Below are positions 19,021-32,148 of a stretch of 36,031 nt of DNA, in pieces; positions within the stretch are counted from its first letter, which is position 1; each line of letters opens with the position of its first letter. The translations under genes were made by a program, and so were the position numbers. Under the pieces are notes generated by a model. That model had not been told where the DNA came from. It ran no database searches and saw only the letters and a list, made by a program, of their open reading frames with translations. Location of the stretch: positions 1 through 36,031 of the forward strand of contig JASJQH010000061.1 of assembly GCA_040143965.1 (NCBI GenBank), read 5' to 3'. Source of the stretch: Basidiobolus ranarum (Eukaryota).

Positions 19021-21211
19021 TTAGAATTTGAAGTCTTTGAGCTTTTTAGAACTATCTTTTTTGGAGTCGGTGGTCTTTTGACGTTTCTTAGCTTGCTTGT
19101 TAGCATGCTCAGCAACCATATCACTAAAGTCTTCACGCGAGTTCTCAGGAAGAGCGGCAGTCTAGAGTTGTTGTAACAGAGTTAGTTATAAATCTAGACA
19201 AAAGTCAATTTAGAATCATACCTTTTCTTCATATTTGGCTCTTAATACGTCCTGATCATTGATTTCCGAAGGATCTATAGCAACATCAATACCAGCACCA
19301 GTCTTACGCTGTTATCGGAAATGAAAATTGTTAACTATGTAGTCTCATATATTAAATATATACAATCAAATACCTTGGATCTGCCTGATGAACCACTGGC
19401 TCCAGAGGACATATCATATACATGCTGTGATCCCATAAATCCTGAGACAGCAGTATCTTTTTGCTGAATAACATGGTACAACTGCTTAGGCTGGTCATCT
19501 TCTAATTCTCTTTCAACATTCTTACGCAACTCGATGTATGCCGGGGTCTCGAGTCCCGTTTGAACACTAGAGAGTCCGCTTGGAGTTTCAAGACCCTCTC
19601 TTAGATCGACAGATTCAGTTTCCGCCTCATCTTCCTTCATCTCTTCGTCGTCATCTTCCTCCTCTTCTTCCTCTTCCTCTTCGTCGTCAGAATCTAGCTC
19701 TCCCCATGGTGTTTTCTCTACGGGTTCAATAATATCAAAGGGTACATCGATAGTGGTCGTAGTACCAAATACATCACCATACAGAGGACGATTGAATTCA
19801 TCTACAGGTGGCTTACCCCAGCCACCAGGGTGGTATCCCCATTGCGCCCCTTCAGGTATAGGCGCATTGAGACCTGGAATCTTTAGATTAGGGTAACTGG
19901 GTGGTGGGCCATAACGTTGCATGTTAATTAGCCATGGGGGAGGGGCCAATGGTGGGATATTCAGTGCTGCTTTAAGCTCTTCGGACAATTGCCCTGGTTT
20001 CTTCTCTTTAAGTTTAGTTTCAAACTCTTTACCCTCGTAGTACCTGTTTATATTATTCCATTGTTAGCAAGTAATACTACTAAAGATGCGATGTATACAA
20101 TTTTAACATACAATTCACCGTGTGTTGTTAACCTAGGCTTCGTTTGGAAGCGGAAGAACGCGTCGTGTAGCTTCTGATAATCAATATCCAGCTTTCCCAT
20201 TTTAGGCTGGACACGTTCACGAGTTTTGGACTTCAGTTTAGCAGCATCTTCCTTCTCTTTGACTGCAGATCTCATCTCCATGATACCAGTATCCTTGATG
20301 AATTCTAGATCAGAATATATATTAGTTACAATAAACACGACAATATAAACTCTGATGTACAAAAAAATATAGACCTGGAAGTTCAAATGGTGGCTTCTCA
20401 ATACCACGCTTGCCTTGAAGGTACTTGCGCTTTTGAGACCAGTGCTTTGGAACTGTGACGGAGTTTCGATAAGCCTTAAGATATACTAACAATTTTGGAT
20501 CAGCTGCAGTAACATCTACCCACTGAATTCAATGATTAGCATTAACAAGAAAAACAATAGTTGTGAAGTTTTTAAATAAATAATTACCTCTACAACTTCA
20601 GGCTTTTTGACTAGCTGTTTTAATTCTGCTACACTTAGACGATTGATTTTGCGAAGTTTCTTTTTCGATAGTTTCGATTTGTCTTTTTCCACATCAGAAT
20701 CGGAATCTTCTTCTTCCTCTGAATCATTGTCCCCTTTGTTTTTTTCTTGTATCTTTTCACCGTCAAGATCATCAGCATCCTAAAAACACATGGTTAGTAA
20801 ATCGGCAGAGATCGAAGTCAAAGAGATGGATTGTAAGCTTACGTTAGCATCGCCTTCATCATTAGTTAATCCCTGAAAATGGGAAAAGATCTCTGCGAAT
20901 TCTTTAAAGTTTGGGTCATCGATCTCAATTTTTTGTGGTACATACTCGATAATTACATCGTCTTGTGTCTAATAATAAAGCAGAAAATTAGTATTCAACA
21001 AAAGGAATAATATTCCACTTTAGTTTTCTTTTACATTTTCCGCGAGGTTATTTTCGTGTTTCTTATCGTCTACTTGAACTCTTTTCTTCTTCTTATTTCT
21101 CTTACGTTTGGGTATTTTATTATTCTTCTTATCTACTATTGGTTTTTTCTCTGTTAAGTAAGAAGAATCTCCATTTGTCACGGCGGTTTCTACTGGCGTT
21201 TCAACTGTCAT
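19021..21211 (-). CDS. SF3B2: Splicing factor 3B subunit 2 (SAP145/Cus1); multi-exon
   Basis: LSVAELKQLVKKPEVVE|WVDVTAADPKLLVYLKAYRNSVTVPKHWSQKRKYLQGKRGIEKPPFELP; ERVQPKMGKLDIDYQKLHDAFF; PPPWLINMQRYGPPPSYPNLKIPGLNAPIP; C-terminal EDFSDMVAEHA...KDFKF*. Confidence 0.95.
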
Positions 21212-21659
21212 GGTGGGAAGCGTGAGTTTGGAGTATATAAACCAAGAAAACTTCCTTCCTTCACTTAGCAAGTTGTGAGTGTGTTACAAACCAAAAGGAT
21301 TAGACGGAAATTTGATCAAAAAAAATACTTAGGCAGGGCCTAAAGAAGGGTCCATTTCCAATTTTTTGAATAAAATTTAGATATACAAATGATACAGTTT
21401 ATGCATAAATATTTAACCTTTTTATCAACAAAAACCGTAATAATTATCTCTTTTTAATCAAGTTTTACATTTCTTTAGTCAATTACGGAATTTTCACAAT
21501 TTCATGCTTAAATATGTGTACAAATTGATTGTGCAGTGACTATTTATGCTCATGATTTATTGAGTACGCAATAATCATCATTTCTTGGTTATTTTGAATC
21601 AATCATCAACAGTAGTTCCATCCTGATAATACCACAGTAACTTGGCTCGTTTTCAAGCG

Positions 21660-24305
21660 ATGAAGGTTGCTGAAACAATACCGACTAAAGCGAATGGAGA
21701 GGGAATTAGTACACCCTCCACTCCTCCATATTCCGAGATTTCAGCGAAGAAATACAAACAAATTACCTTGAAGCAGAAAGCGTTGAAGATTTTAGAAAAA
21801 CACGTCGCAAAACTTAGGTTAATAGAGTTCTAATTTCCCATTTTAAAATCACAATCTGTCCTCCTATTATTGTTGGCATTCTCACCTTTCTGTTTGTTTA
21901 TGTTGGCACCAGTCTTGTGTTGTTTATAGTTGGCTTGGGTTGGTTATTGGTGTTACCTCACGATACGTATAGTCATAGAACCTATATTTCAGAAAATGCT
22001 TTGTTACCAGGACAGGTAAATGATGGTAAACAAACTTCTATTTTATATGTGCCATTTTGTTGAATGTTTGTATTTATATAGACCAAAAACTTCTTCGGAG
22101 ATCACGAAGCAAACGTAGCAAGATACTATTCTCAAGTTTTGGATTCACTTAAAACCAATTCTATTGAAGAGTATGCACTTATAAAAATTACCTTATCAGT
22201 GGTTCCCACTAAAATTTCTACTAAACTAGAAAAACTGCATTCGTTGAGAGAGAGTTGAGAAGTTTTGGATATATAACAGCGACTCAGAAATTTGAAATTC
22301 CTTTATCGTATAATAAGGTTAGACTCTTTTATATGCTCTCAGAACTATCTTAGTTTATTAACGTAATAGTTCAGTTGATTAATGGGACTAATACCTTTGG
22401 GATCCTCAAAGCCCCTCGTAGTGACAATACAGAAGCAATGGTACTAACCGCTTCTTGGGAATCCCGTGAGGAAGGCCAAGGTACAACCGATATTGATAGA
22501 CATTCATATTTTTAACACATTATAACGTTCGAATCATCCACAGACAACACTAATGGCGTCTCCATGCTCTTGACATTGGCACAATTCCTCAAAAGTAAGA
22601 GTTGTATATCAAAAATACTCATAGAAAACTTGACTAAAACATTTCTTAAGAATTCACTTTCTGGTCTAAAGACATAGTGGTGGTGATTGCGGATAAGAAC
22701 ACCGCTGGTATCCAAGCCTGGTTGGATGCATACCATGGAGTTCCTAAGCATGGTATATACGAAGCCACCACGTTCATTATGATGAATTTACAATTGATGT
22801 AACCTGATCCCACATATATAGATAATGAGCAAATTTTTGTTCGTTCCGGTGCTATACAGGGTGCTTTGAACCTAGATTTCCCGGGCACTGAAAGTTACAG
22901 TTCATTGGGAATTTTCTTCGGTAGATATTATTTCTAAAGTTGCCATTGAATTATAAATTAATATCTTTCTCGTCTTTCAGAGGGTCTCAATGGACAACTT
23001 CCCAACTTGGATTTAATCAACACAGTAGTTGAATTATGTCGATATGAAGGAATCTCAGCTACACTTCACCAACCCACTTCAGATTGGGATGTCAACAGCG
23101 ACTATTTCAAATCCCTCAACACCATGCTTACCACTATGAAGTACCAATCTACATGTCATCCCTCCGGAGTTCATGGATTATTTCACCGGTCAGTGGGTTC
23201 TTCAGTATCCTGAACATTCCATCCTATGTTAATGTTGAATTATTAGATATAAAATTGATGCCATTACTCTTCATGGTATCAGTGGACCCGGAAGGTACTA
23301 TTTCCAATATCACAAGATTGGAACGTAAGTATTTTTCTAGTCAAGTCATTCATATCACCCATCACACATCACCCATCACTAATCATGACTTTCGAGAACA
23401 GACTGGTTGAATCAACGCTGAGAAGCATCAATAATCTACTGGAGCATTTCCATCAATCGTTTTTCTTTTATTTGCTTCCAAACGCAACACACTATGTCTC
23501 TATCGCCCTATATATCCCACCGGTTATTTGCATCGCTGTTGGCCTCTTGTTGATTTCGTTGAAGCTTTGGTTCTCATTTGATGCTAGTGTTGATGAGCTT
23601 GAGTTAGTGGATGATGTAAACCACGAAGGAAAGCCCGTCAAATCCATCGAAACAACCTTAGCCTATACCCAAAATACAACACCTCTTCAAACGCCAATTC
23701 TAGTTATTGCCCTCTCATGTATAGGATGTATCATTCTATTCTCCTTTAATCTGCTGATTGTGAACCCAGTTGCTGAAGAATTCGTAATTATAATTTACTA
23801 TCATCGATGATGTATTTCGAAGTGACTTCTAATACCTTAACTTTAGTCATTACCTATTAACGGAGTATTCGCTTTATCGTTCCCGCTCTTTATCGCATCC
23901 GTAGTGCGAGCACCCATCGATTCTACAAATCAGAATTTGCAGGTGTTACGATGCTTTGCGTTAGCTTGGGTAGCAGTCACTTTGGTGGGGCTTTCTGCGC
24001 TGAATTATAGCCTCTCTATGTTCATGGGTATTCTTGTCTTTCTCCCTTATGCACTGATTCAACCATGCAACCACATCCTTGTTCGAACCATTCAATTCAT
24101 CTCTGTTACTGCCATTTCTCCACCGGCGTTACTGCTAATCTGTAGTCTGGTGTACCAAAAGGATGTGTTTGAGTTATACAACCTTTTAAGATATGACTTG
24201 ACTGTATTAGGTAGCTGGTTTTTACCACTTGTTTACCTCGTTTATTGGCCCATCAATGTTACATATTCTGTACTTGCTTGTGTTAAAAGTGGGCCAAGTG
24301 CATAA
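21660..24305 (+). CDS. GAA1: GPI transamidase component Gaa1; multi-exon
   Basis: N-terminal TM followed by RTYISENALLPGQ; KAPRSDNTEAMVL; FWSKDIVVV; GLNGQLPNLDLINT; VESTLRSINNLLEHFHQSFFFYLL; multiple C-terminal TM segments. Introns are GT-AG. The start codon is less certain. Confidence 0.9.
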
Positions 24306-24393
24306 CTTCTTGGCCTAACCTAACACTTGATTCTGAGTGAGTTTACTTCATTGACACTATTTCAGTTTATTTCTTATGTTTAGATAATAAATA

Positions 24394-24473
24394 TTCAATT
24401 CGTTGCAATTGATGTCCATTATACATTCTTCATTTCAATTCGTTGCAATTGATGTCCATTATATATTCTTCAT
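24394..24473. repeat. 40-bp tandem duplication (2 copies, 1 mismatch)
   Basis: TTCAATTCGTTGCAATTGATGTCCATTATA(C/T)ATTCTTCAT at 24394-24433 and 24434-24473. Confidence 0.95.
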
Positions 24474-24773
24474 TACATTACAAGGGTGAGAAGGTTTGCA
24501 TTTATAAATATTGTGTGCAAAAGGGAGATTTTAGATATAACATTATGAGAGATGTGACATTAATCTAACTCTAACGAATGCCATTTAGAATGCCAAATGG
24601 ATTTGTATGACAGGTGATTTTTATTGTAGTTTTTACAGAGGAAGGATTTATTTTCGGTAAACATGACGTACAAATCAAATAGGAAAAGAGTTAAAAATAT
24701 ATGAAAAGAAGGGAATGAGTGAGAATTATTATATGTGTTGGATAGAATTCTTCCTTCTTTTTCTTACATCGAT

Positions 24774-26526
24774 TTAAGCAGTTTCCATAGGTTGAGATGA
24801 ACTAGGTCCAAAATATCTCAAGCTTCTATCCATACCACCACTAACCAAGAATTGTGCGAAATCACCAAAACGTAAATCATTCACTTCTCCGGTATTATCG
24901 GTAAGAACAGAAAGTTCATTCCATTCTTTGACTTTGAATACTCTCACATCTGTTCCACCAACTGCGAGATATTGTCCACTGTAATCAAAGTTAACCACAT
25001 TGATCTTGTTGTTTTGTGGAACTTCAAGTGTCTTGAAGTTGACTAATTTACGAAGATCCCATAATTTAACCAAGTTATCTTCGGAAGCGGTAGCAAGGTA
25101 ATAACTGTGATGAAAATCAATCATATGGTTAGCAACTACAACCTAGTGTATTAAATGTATTCTCCCGTTTACTTACCCATTCTCTGAGAATGAAAGTGAT
25201 GTGACACGTCCGGTATGACCAGAGAAAGTGGCAACATTGGTTTGAGATTTGACATCCCAAATGCGAACGGCCGAGTCGTTTGTACCAGTACCAAGAATCA
25301 ATCCATCAGGATGGAACTGAGCACAACTGAAGCCAGTTTGAACATCAGCACTACCAACTTTAGAAAGAGTTCTTCCAGTACCCAAATCATGGAAAGCCCA
25401 TGTGGAATCCTGTGATGAACTCACGAGGTATTCTTTAGAAGGATGTAAAGTGATGGAGGTCACTTCAGAATCATGAGCATCGATAGTATTCACACATGTA
25501 TATCCAGAATCATCAGGTCTCCACATCTTGACTGTTTTGTCAGCACTGGATGTCAACACAGCACCAGACTCAGTACCCTGGAATAAAACGTCAGTGATAC
25601 GTTTGGTATGTCCCTTTAACTCAGCAACGGTTTTATCTTCATCTTGCTTATATATTTGAGCAATCTTATCATGACCACCGGTTAACACCAATTTGTTAGT
25701 AGAGTCAAGATCAATGCATGTGATACCAGGGGTAGTTGAAGAGTGAAGTGCAGGTACAACTGCTGTTTGTGCATAAGATTTGATATCATCCACGCTAGCA
25801 AGCTCAGCAGGGGCCTTTCTCTTCTTACGTGTTTTGGAAAGGGCTTGACTAGTTTGAGCCATTTTTTCAATAACAGCGCTGGTTAATCCCTCTTCTTGAG
25901 TGTCTACACTCATGTTACCATTATCAGGAACTTCGGCAGCTGGTGCTTGAGAATCCATGTGAGCACGAAGATTTACCAAAGCCTCTCTAGCGGCATCTCT
26001 TTCTTTTGTAACTCTAGCGATAACTCTACAAGCAGCATCTTGTTGATATAATGCATGACTAAGTTCTTGTCGAACCTGTTGATATTGCTGTTTTAAAGTA
26101 TAGGTTTCTAGCATAAGACTATCCCATTCATTTTGAAAAACTGCCAACATGGATGGAATAGAAGTCATGGTAGGAGTACGTGGTTTCACAATCTTGGGAA
26201 CTAGAAATTTTTCCAATTAATCATCTACGCGTCACCAACTAAAAATAAAATGAACTATTTACCAGATTTCACTTCAATAAGATCTTGTTCACTAAGTTCT
26301 TCACCGGTGATGGGACATTTGTTGTCATTTTCAGCAAGATACTTGGTGATCAAACGTTTTTCAAATACATGGCCAGATTTGCTGGATATAACTGGAACCT
26401 CTGGGGCCTCGCCGGAAACTATTTACAGAAAAACATAGACAATCGCGTTAGATCTGTTATAGTATGGTGTTGAAAACACGTGAAAAGCAACGTATTCTAA
26501 AGAAATGACTTACTAGCACAGAACAT
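24774..26526 (-). CDS. PRP19: Pre-mRNA processing factor 19 (U-box, coiled coil, WD40); exons 26526-26514, 26418-26263, 26200-25177, 25104-24774
   Basis: [32 protein letters not shown]...KCPITGEELSEQDL (U-box); TSIPSMLAVFQNEWDSLMLETY..RQELSHALYQQDAACRVIAR; WD40 repeats; FSENGYYLAT across the last intron. Confidence 0.96.
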
Positions 26527-27780
26527 GGTGATCTATTACAAGGTTATCAAGTTGTGTACAGTGGAATAAAAGCGATATACGTGTATTGTAAAATTGTTGA
26601 ATCATGGACACTTCCGAGTTACGAAATAAATTTTTCTTTTTTTCACTCTGATTAAGGTGAATGAAGCTAGGTTAATTTTATGAAGTTGGATATTTCAGTT
26701 ACAAAGCCGCTGAAGTAAATAAAAGTATTAAAAGTTGATTAGACACTAAACCTATGTACTGATGAAATGGACATGGAATACAAATATCACTTAGGATTCA
26801 AACTTCAGATTCTAACTTCAGCCTAATACGTAATGACGTTAATGTGGTGACTGTGTCGGTATAGGTATCGGTAGTTGGCCCATCACCACTGCATAAATCA
26901 TCCAACATGAGCTAGTGAATTGGGGTCGAATCAGAGGTTGGGAAAGAAACAGGGAAGCATACAACTTTACTTACATGTATCGAGAAGCGATCATGTAATA
27001 ATCTACCACTTATATGGAGTTAAATTAGGCTCATAGAGACACCGAAGTTGTATCATTCGATATTGAATAGGCCAAGGATGTGATTTTCTTGTGATTTTCC
27101 TGCATATGATCAATTATTCAATGTGCAAATCAAATCCTCTTTACAATCTATGCCAGGATAGATGGGATACGTAGGCTGAATGGAGACATATCTAGTAACC
27201 GAAAGTGAACTATTTGTTGAAACCACTTGACATATACATATCTTTAATCTATTATGGGCCTTCTGAAACCAGATAAGATGGTATTTGGGGTTTAAAGACA
27301 AGTGATCGATTCAAATTCCCAACAATTTTCGTTGTCAAAGTGATCATAAACCTTATTAGTGAAGTCGAACATGTTCCTCTACAGAGAAACTGTGACAGTC
27401 CGTGATAAAAGGCATCGATAGAGCTACTGCAAGCACATGTATGTGAATGATATAAATCAGAAAGTAGGAGCAGAATGATCGATCCAAGGGTAAGGAATTA
27501 ATAGCTTTACATCGCTAATGTAAACATTCCATTGATTTTCAATGCATAAGCAGTGAGGTCTCGAATAATGAAAACATTCAGGGTCACCTAACTGTAACTA
27601 TTATACTAGCTTTATGACACTAAACTCAAAACACCTGAATATTTTGAGTGAACAGAACATAGCAAATCTTATAAAGCAGATACTCTTTCCGTATCGAACG
27701 CTGATCTTCCTCTCTATTGTCTGTATCATTACTCCAGTGTCTTCTAGATAGAGAACTAACCCTTCCGAAATAAAACCAAA

Positions 27781-28401
27781 ATGACGCTGGTTCAAAATAC
27801 TACCAAAGTCTATCAAAGCACTTCACCTGCGATGAAAAATCGTATGGGGCTGGCAGTACCCCCTACTATCTCCTGGTCCAATGTCGTGAACACAACTGAG
27901 GCGTCTGGATTTATACGTACGTCAGAAAACGAGGCAATACCAAAGGCTTATATTCTTGAACACCTTCGTCAAATGGGTTCGGTACTTTTCAATAACGCTT
28001 ACTCTACAGATATCAGGTTGGAAATTCAAGATAAGAAAGGGAATAATGCGGGATTTTGGGTCCATGATTTTTATTTTTCTCAAGAGAGTGCACTATTATT
28101 TCGACTATTGAATACTTCTCGACCTCGTAGACCTTCGTCCCCTTTGGCTGAACTTCATGGCTGGCTGGACAAAGGGAAATTTGAAAAAGATGAAAAGTCA
28201 AATAAGCTTCATGTACATCTACAAGTTCCTTGTGGAGTATCATTTGGTGCAATTTTGGAATGGTTATATGTCCATGATGATGAGAAATGGCTGACAAGTC
28301 TAAATGAGGATAACTTTGATGGGACTCTAGCTAATGTTGCATATCTACGTTTAAACCAAGATGCCTACTACGTTTTGGCTCGTTATTATGAAAACTTGTA
28401 A
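27781..28401 (+). CDS. Hypothetical protein with a BTB/POZ-like domain; intronless, 206 aa
   Basis: Clean ATG-to-stop ORF. The pattern TDIRLEI...FWVH..YFSQESALLFRLL...VP..VSFGAILEWLY...TLANVAYLRL resembles the BTB consensus (DxxL..FxxHxxxLxxxSxxF...FxxxLxxLY). Confidence 0.6.
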   Translation: MTLVQNTTKVYQSTSPAMKNRMGLAVPPTISWSNVVNTTEASGFIRTSENEAIPKAYILEHLRQMGSVLFNNAYSTDIRLEIQDKKGNNAGFWVHDFYFSQESALLFRLLNTSRPRRPSSPLAELHGWLDKGKFEKDEKSNKLHVHLQVPCGVSFGAILEWLYVHDDEKWLTSLNEDNFDGTLANVAYLRLNQDAYYVLARYYENL

Positions 28402-29554
28402 AGTCAAAACCACTTCTCCACCTTCCTAGTTGAATTATTATCAATCTCTATGGCTCCTATCGTTCTAAAAATCATTGGCCAGTCCAAGCAAAGTGTTATC
28501 AGTCTTGAAACTAACTATCATATTTCATGCAGCATATAACACACAAACTAGATAAATTTTTGAGCCACCTGAGCACACAGTGACTTGGACCCACTTTATT
28601 TGGATATATGAAATAGTCAACATAGTTACATATTATGTTACCAGCATTGCCAAATCTACGGTTAGAAAACTTCCAAGCTGTACAGATAGTTTGCTTTGGA
28701 AAATGCATGCAGCATTATTTAATATTGCTGTACTATCTAGCACCTGTAAATAAACACTTCAAAATTCTACTATCATTGCCTATATAATGCACATATGGAT
28801 ATGGCTTTAGGGTTACCTTTGCTTTAGGACTCATAATATCTAAATAATACAAATCATGTGTTCTGGTTAGAATTGAAAGTAGTATATCAATTAGTGTAAA
28901 CTAGAAAAGTTAACCCAATAAATAAAACTCGTGACTATCAATCAATAGTAAATCAACTTGAAGATTGTCCAACAAGCATATTTGTATGTCTGTATCCGTA
29001 TGGCATACAGATGAGCATACAAATAGTCTAGATTTGCTAGAAATACCGGAAATACTGGAATCTACCCACCCGAAGCTTCTCCCCCCTCCCATTGGAAGTG
29101 AATAATCTGACTCATCAGCATGTGTATTGTAATTAGTGGATTTGCATCTGCCAAGAATTCGTACAATTCACGAACCAAGTTATGAATGGTGCCAATAAGT
29201 GTACCAATGCGAGGATGGATGATGTGGAGAGTGATGTGGAATACAGTTGGGGCACTATTTAGATAATCACATTCATATCCGCATCTGCATCTGCATCCGC
29301 ATCGGTATCCACAAAACACATAAGTTCACCTACGCTTCTGATCAACGTTTACCAGTGTCCCTGAGAAGGATTTCCTGAAACTGACTTAATTAGTAAGTGA
29401 AATCTGACCTCTATACTGGATACAACTTAATCACACAATCACACCAATTAAATCTATGATTATCCACACATAGACAGTCCATCACATGCTGGAAACTTAT
29501 TAGTTCTCATGGAAGTTGCCGCCTTCAGATGATTGTATTGATTCTAGATTGGTT

Positions 29555-29586
29555 CACTAATCTGCTCAACCACTAATCTGCTCAAC
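29555..29586. repeat. 16-bp tandem repeat (CACTAATCTGCTCAAC)x2
   Basis: Two perfect copies read directly from the sequence. Confidence 0.9.
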
Positions 29587-31485
29587 CGTAGCCTAACCAT
29601 TCGGTGCAGTCTGTATTATTTAGGTTATCAATGTATTCATCTATGAGATCTGCAACGATGCTTCGAACGAGCTAAATATATCTTGGAAAGTGATGGGGAT
29701 GAGGCCATTGGAGGTCGAAATCTGTCTTATTGTATCCCAATCTTACTTGTAATTACATAAACTGTGTGCTACCATCGAATTTCTCCTCTGAGGAGCGAAT
29801 CGGATGGAAGTATTGTCTGTGAAAATGGATATGATGTGGTGGTTGTGGTTATGGTGGTTGTGATTATGGTAGTGCTAAGCATGTTCATATTACTCACTCC
29901 CGAAAACATCGGTAAGCAATGAAGAACGGGGAATACTTCTGTTTTGAGTAGAAATCAAGACAGGCTCTAGAACTCTGGTAATTTTCCTCTTGCTGATTGG
30001 CCATATATACACTCAAGTTGTTTATAACATTAAGCTAGGAGCCACATGGTTCCACGCAGTCTGAGGTTGGGGATAAATAATAATTTACCCAAAAGGAAAG
30101 CGGTGAAATATATTATGGGAAAATAGAACTACCCAGATTCCTGATATGTTTCCTGATCGATACCCGAGTCATCGCTTTTCTTATATGGGACAATCTAATC
30201 TCCAATACACTCCAACACCCTCGCATTTCTGGCATTTCCAGTTGCTCTTATTCTGACCTTCCTAGTTGCTTTCTTCGTATCAGTGGATACTTGGTTTAAG
30301 GTGGGTCCTGAAAGGGCGAATCACCTCTGGGCCTTTCTATTGGAAACTGATTTAGCCCAAGTTTAGTTAATCAAAGAATACAACCAATGTACAATGAAGG
30401 TGCATGCGGTAATGTATCACATATGCGCTGACATACATGCACTCTAAGATCATATAGGACCAATCACTGGCTGATACTCATCGTTATGAAGTCGGTCGTG
30501 CACTTGTTGTAAAATATGACCTAAAGCGGACAACTATGGAAGAATAGGTTGTGAGAAGGTCAGGATTTAGCCAAGATGCAACCCTCCGGTAGGGCTAGGG
30601 TTAGGTACATCACTGCCATTCTAATATTTACATGACACACAACACACAATAATCTTGATGTTGAACGTACAATGAGACCGATCCGGAAATAGGCTCCTGC
30701 AGAATTCATGCGCCCTATCTCAGGGACCTATTATGGTACAGTCATGATCTTTCGGGCGTCTATCCATGTCCTCCGAGGTGCTTGGCACACAATAATCCGA
30801 ATGCTTATTTCTCAGTGTTGGCGACTGCTTGTTACAACAATGAAGTTCCAATTTAGCCTTTCTCCAATACGCTCTATCCGATTCAGATTGTCTGGTAAAC
30901 CGAATGCCATTTCCAGCAGTGATAAATATGTTCTATAATGGCCGCATATGGAATCATAAAAGTCAGGAGACGAGACTTGAGAATACAACGATCTTTCCAA
31001 ATGCAGCTATCAGAACGAATGGGGAGAGCATTCTCTTGCACAGAACGGGAGATCACACCATCTCTCTGAGTCGGACCAACAATCTGGCATCGGATTCCAT
31101 TGGACTTGCCATTGCCACTTCCATAATGGATGCTGTGATTTCTGCACAGATGAGCCCTAACCCTAACAGCTTATCACCTCTACGTGGATCTAGTTTTGCT
31201 CAGAGTAACACGATGACCATTTGCTCCATTTGCTCCCCAATACCGGAATGGGATTCAAGTCACTGAGTTGACATCACTCTAAAATCACTGCTCAGCCCCC
31301 GACCGGTTATTAGATTTGAATGGATGTTTATAGCGAATTCCATTTTAGTTTCTTTTGATCTATTCTGAGTAATACAATCGGTAATATGTGGTAGGTTGCG
31401 ATATCCTGTCATGTCCAAGTTCAACTTGATTGGGCCTGGTTCCCTATATATCGTTAATCTGTGATCTTTGAGGCACCCATCGCAG

Positions 31486-31492
31486 TATATAA
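31486..31492 (+). promoter_or_regulatory. TATA box of the cyclin gene
   Basis: TATATAA about 70 bp upstream of the ATG at 31558. Confidence 0.5.
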
Positions 31493-31557
31493 GCCCTCTG
31501 GAGCTGCTCGACCTCTTCATTATCGGAAACATTCTCAGCTATATACTGTAAGAAAAT

Positions 31558-32148
31558 ATGGATTTATACTATAACAACCCTGTTGACCGATTCAACGACC
31601 TCTGTCAAGGCAGTACTTTGTCACAACACTTTCTTTCATTATCAAGTGACATCTCTCCCGTCAACTTTGTCACCGAGATGGTAGAACATTTGTGGCATTG
31701 TCGCCCAACCCTTTTTCCATCTCCCACACAATTGATGTTCACTGTCTTCTGCAAAAATATCATCACTCGCATGTCAGTACTTCCAACTACGTTATTTTTA
31801 GCGTTGAAGTATATCCATCGCATTAGACAATCATCTCCCAACTTGAGCCCATCTGAGGGCTCTGAATACCAAGTGTTCATTGCCTCACTGATTCTTGCCC
31901 ATAAATTCCTCGAGGATGATACTTACACAAATCAAGCATGGTCTGACATCTCCAAAATTCCCGTAGAACAAATCAACAAAATGGAGAAGCAATTCTTGAA
32001 GGGAATCAACTACAATCTCAATGTTTCTCAAGAGGAATTTATCCAATGGGTTACTTATCTTGAGGGATATCTCTCATATCGATCCACTGTTCAAATGTTG
32101 ACAACTCCACAGCCTACTACAACATTCGCTTGTAACGGCATGATGTGA
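31558..32148 (+). CDS. Pho85-type cyclin (Pcl/Clg1-like cyclin box); intronless, 196 aa
   Basis: FCKNIITR..V.PTTLFLALKYIHRIR...GSEYQVFIASLILAHKFLEDDTYTNQAWSDISKIPVEQINKMEKQFLKGINYNL is a Pcl/Clg1-family cyclin box. Confidence 0.9.
   Translation: MDLYYNNPVDRFNDLCQGSTLSQHFLSLSSDISPVNFVTEMVEHLWHCRPTLFPSPTQLMFTVFCKNIITRMSVLPTTLFLALKYIHRIRQSSPNLSPSEGSEYQVFIASLILAHKFLEDDTYTNQAWSDISKIPVEQINKMEKQFLKGINYNLNVSQEEFIQWVTYLEGYLSYRSTVQMLTTPQPTTTFACNGMM

Noticed and set aside
22779-22807. C/D-box snoRNA in a GAA1 intron (ATGATGA...CTGA)
   Set aside because: The boxes span only about 30 nt, too short for a snoRNA, and the CTGA overlaps the likely branch point.
24394-24473. CRISPR-like array
   Set aside because: Only two directly adjacent copies, no spacers, eukaryotic context and no cas genes.
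30904-31266. 120-aa ORF upstream of the cyclin
   Set aside because: No recognisable domain, and it runs through promoter-like motifs; probably spurious, though a uORF or lncRNA role cannot be excluded.
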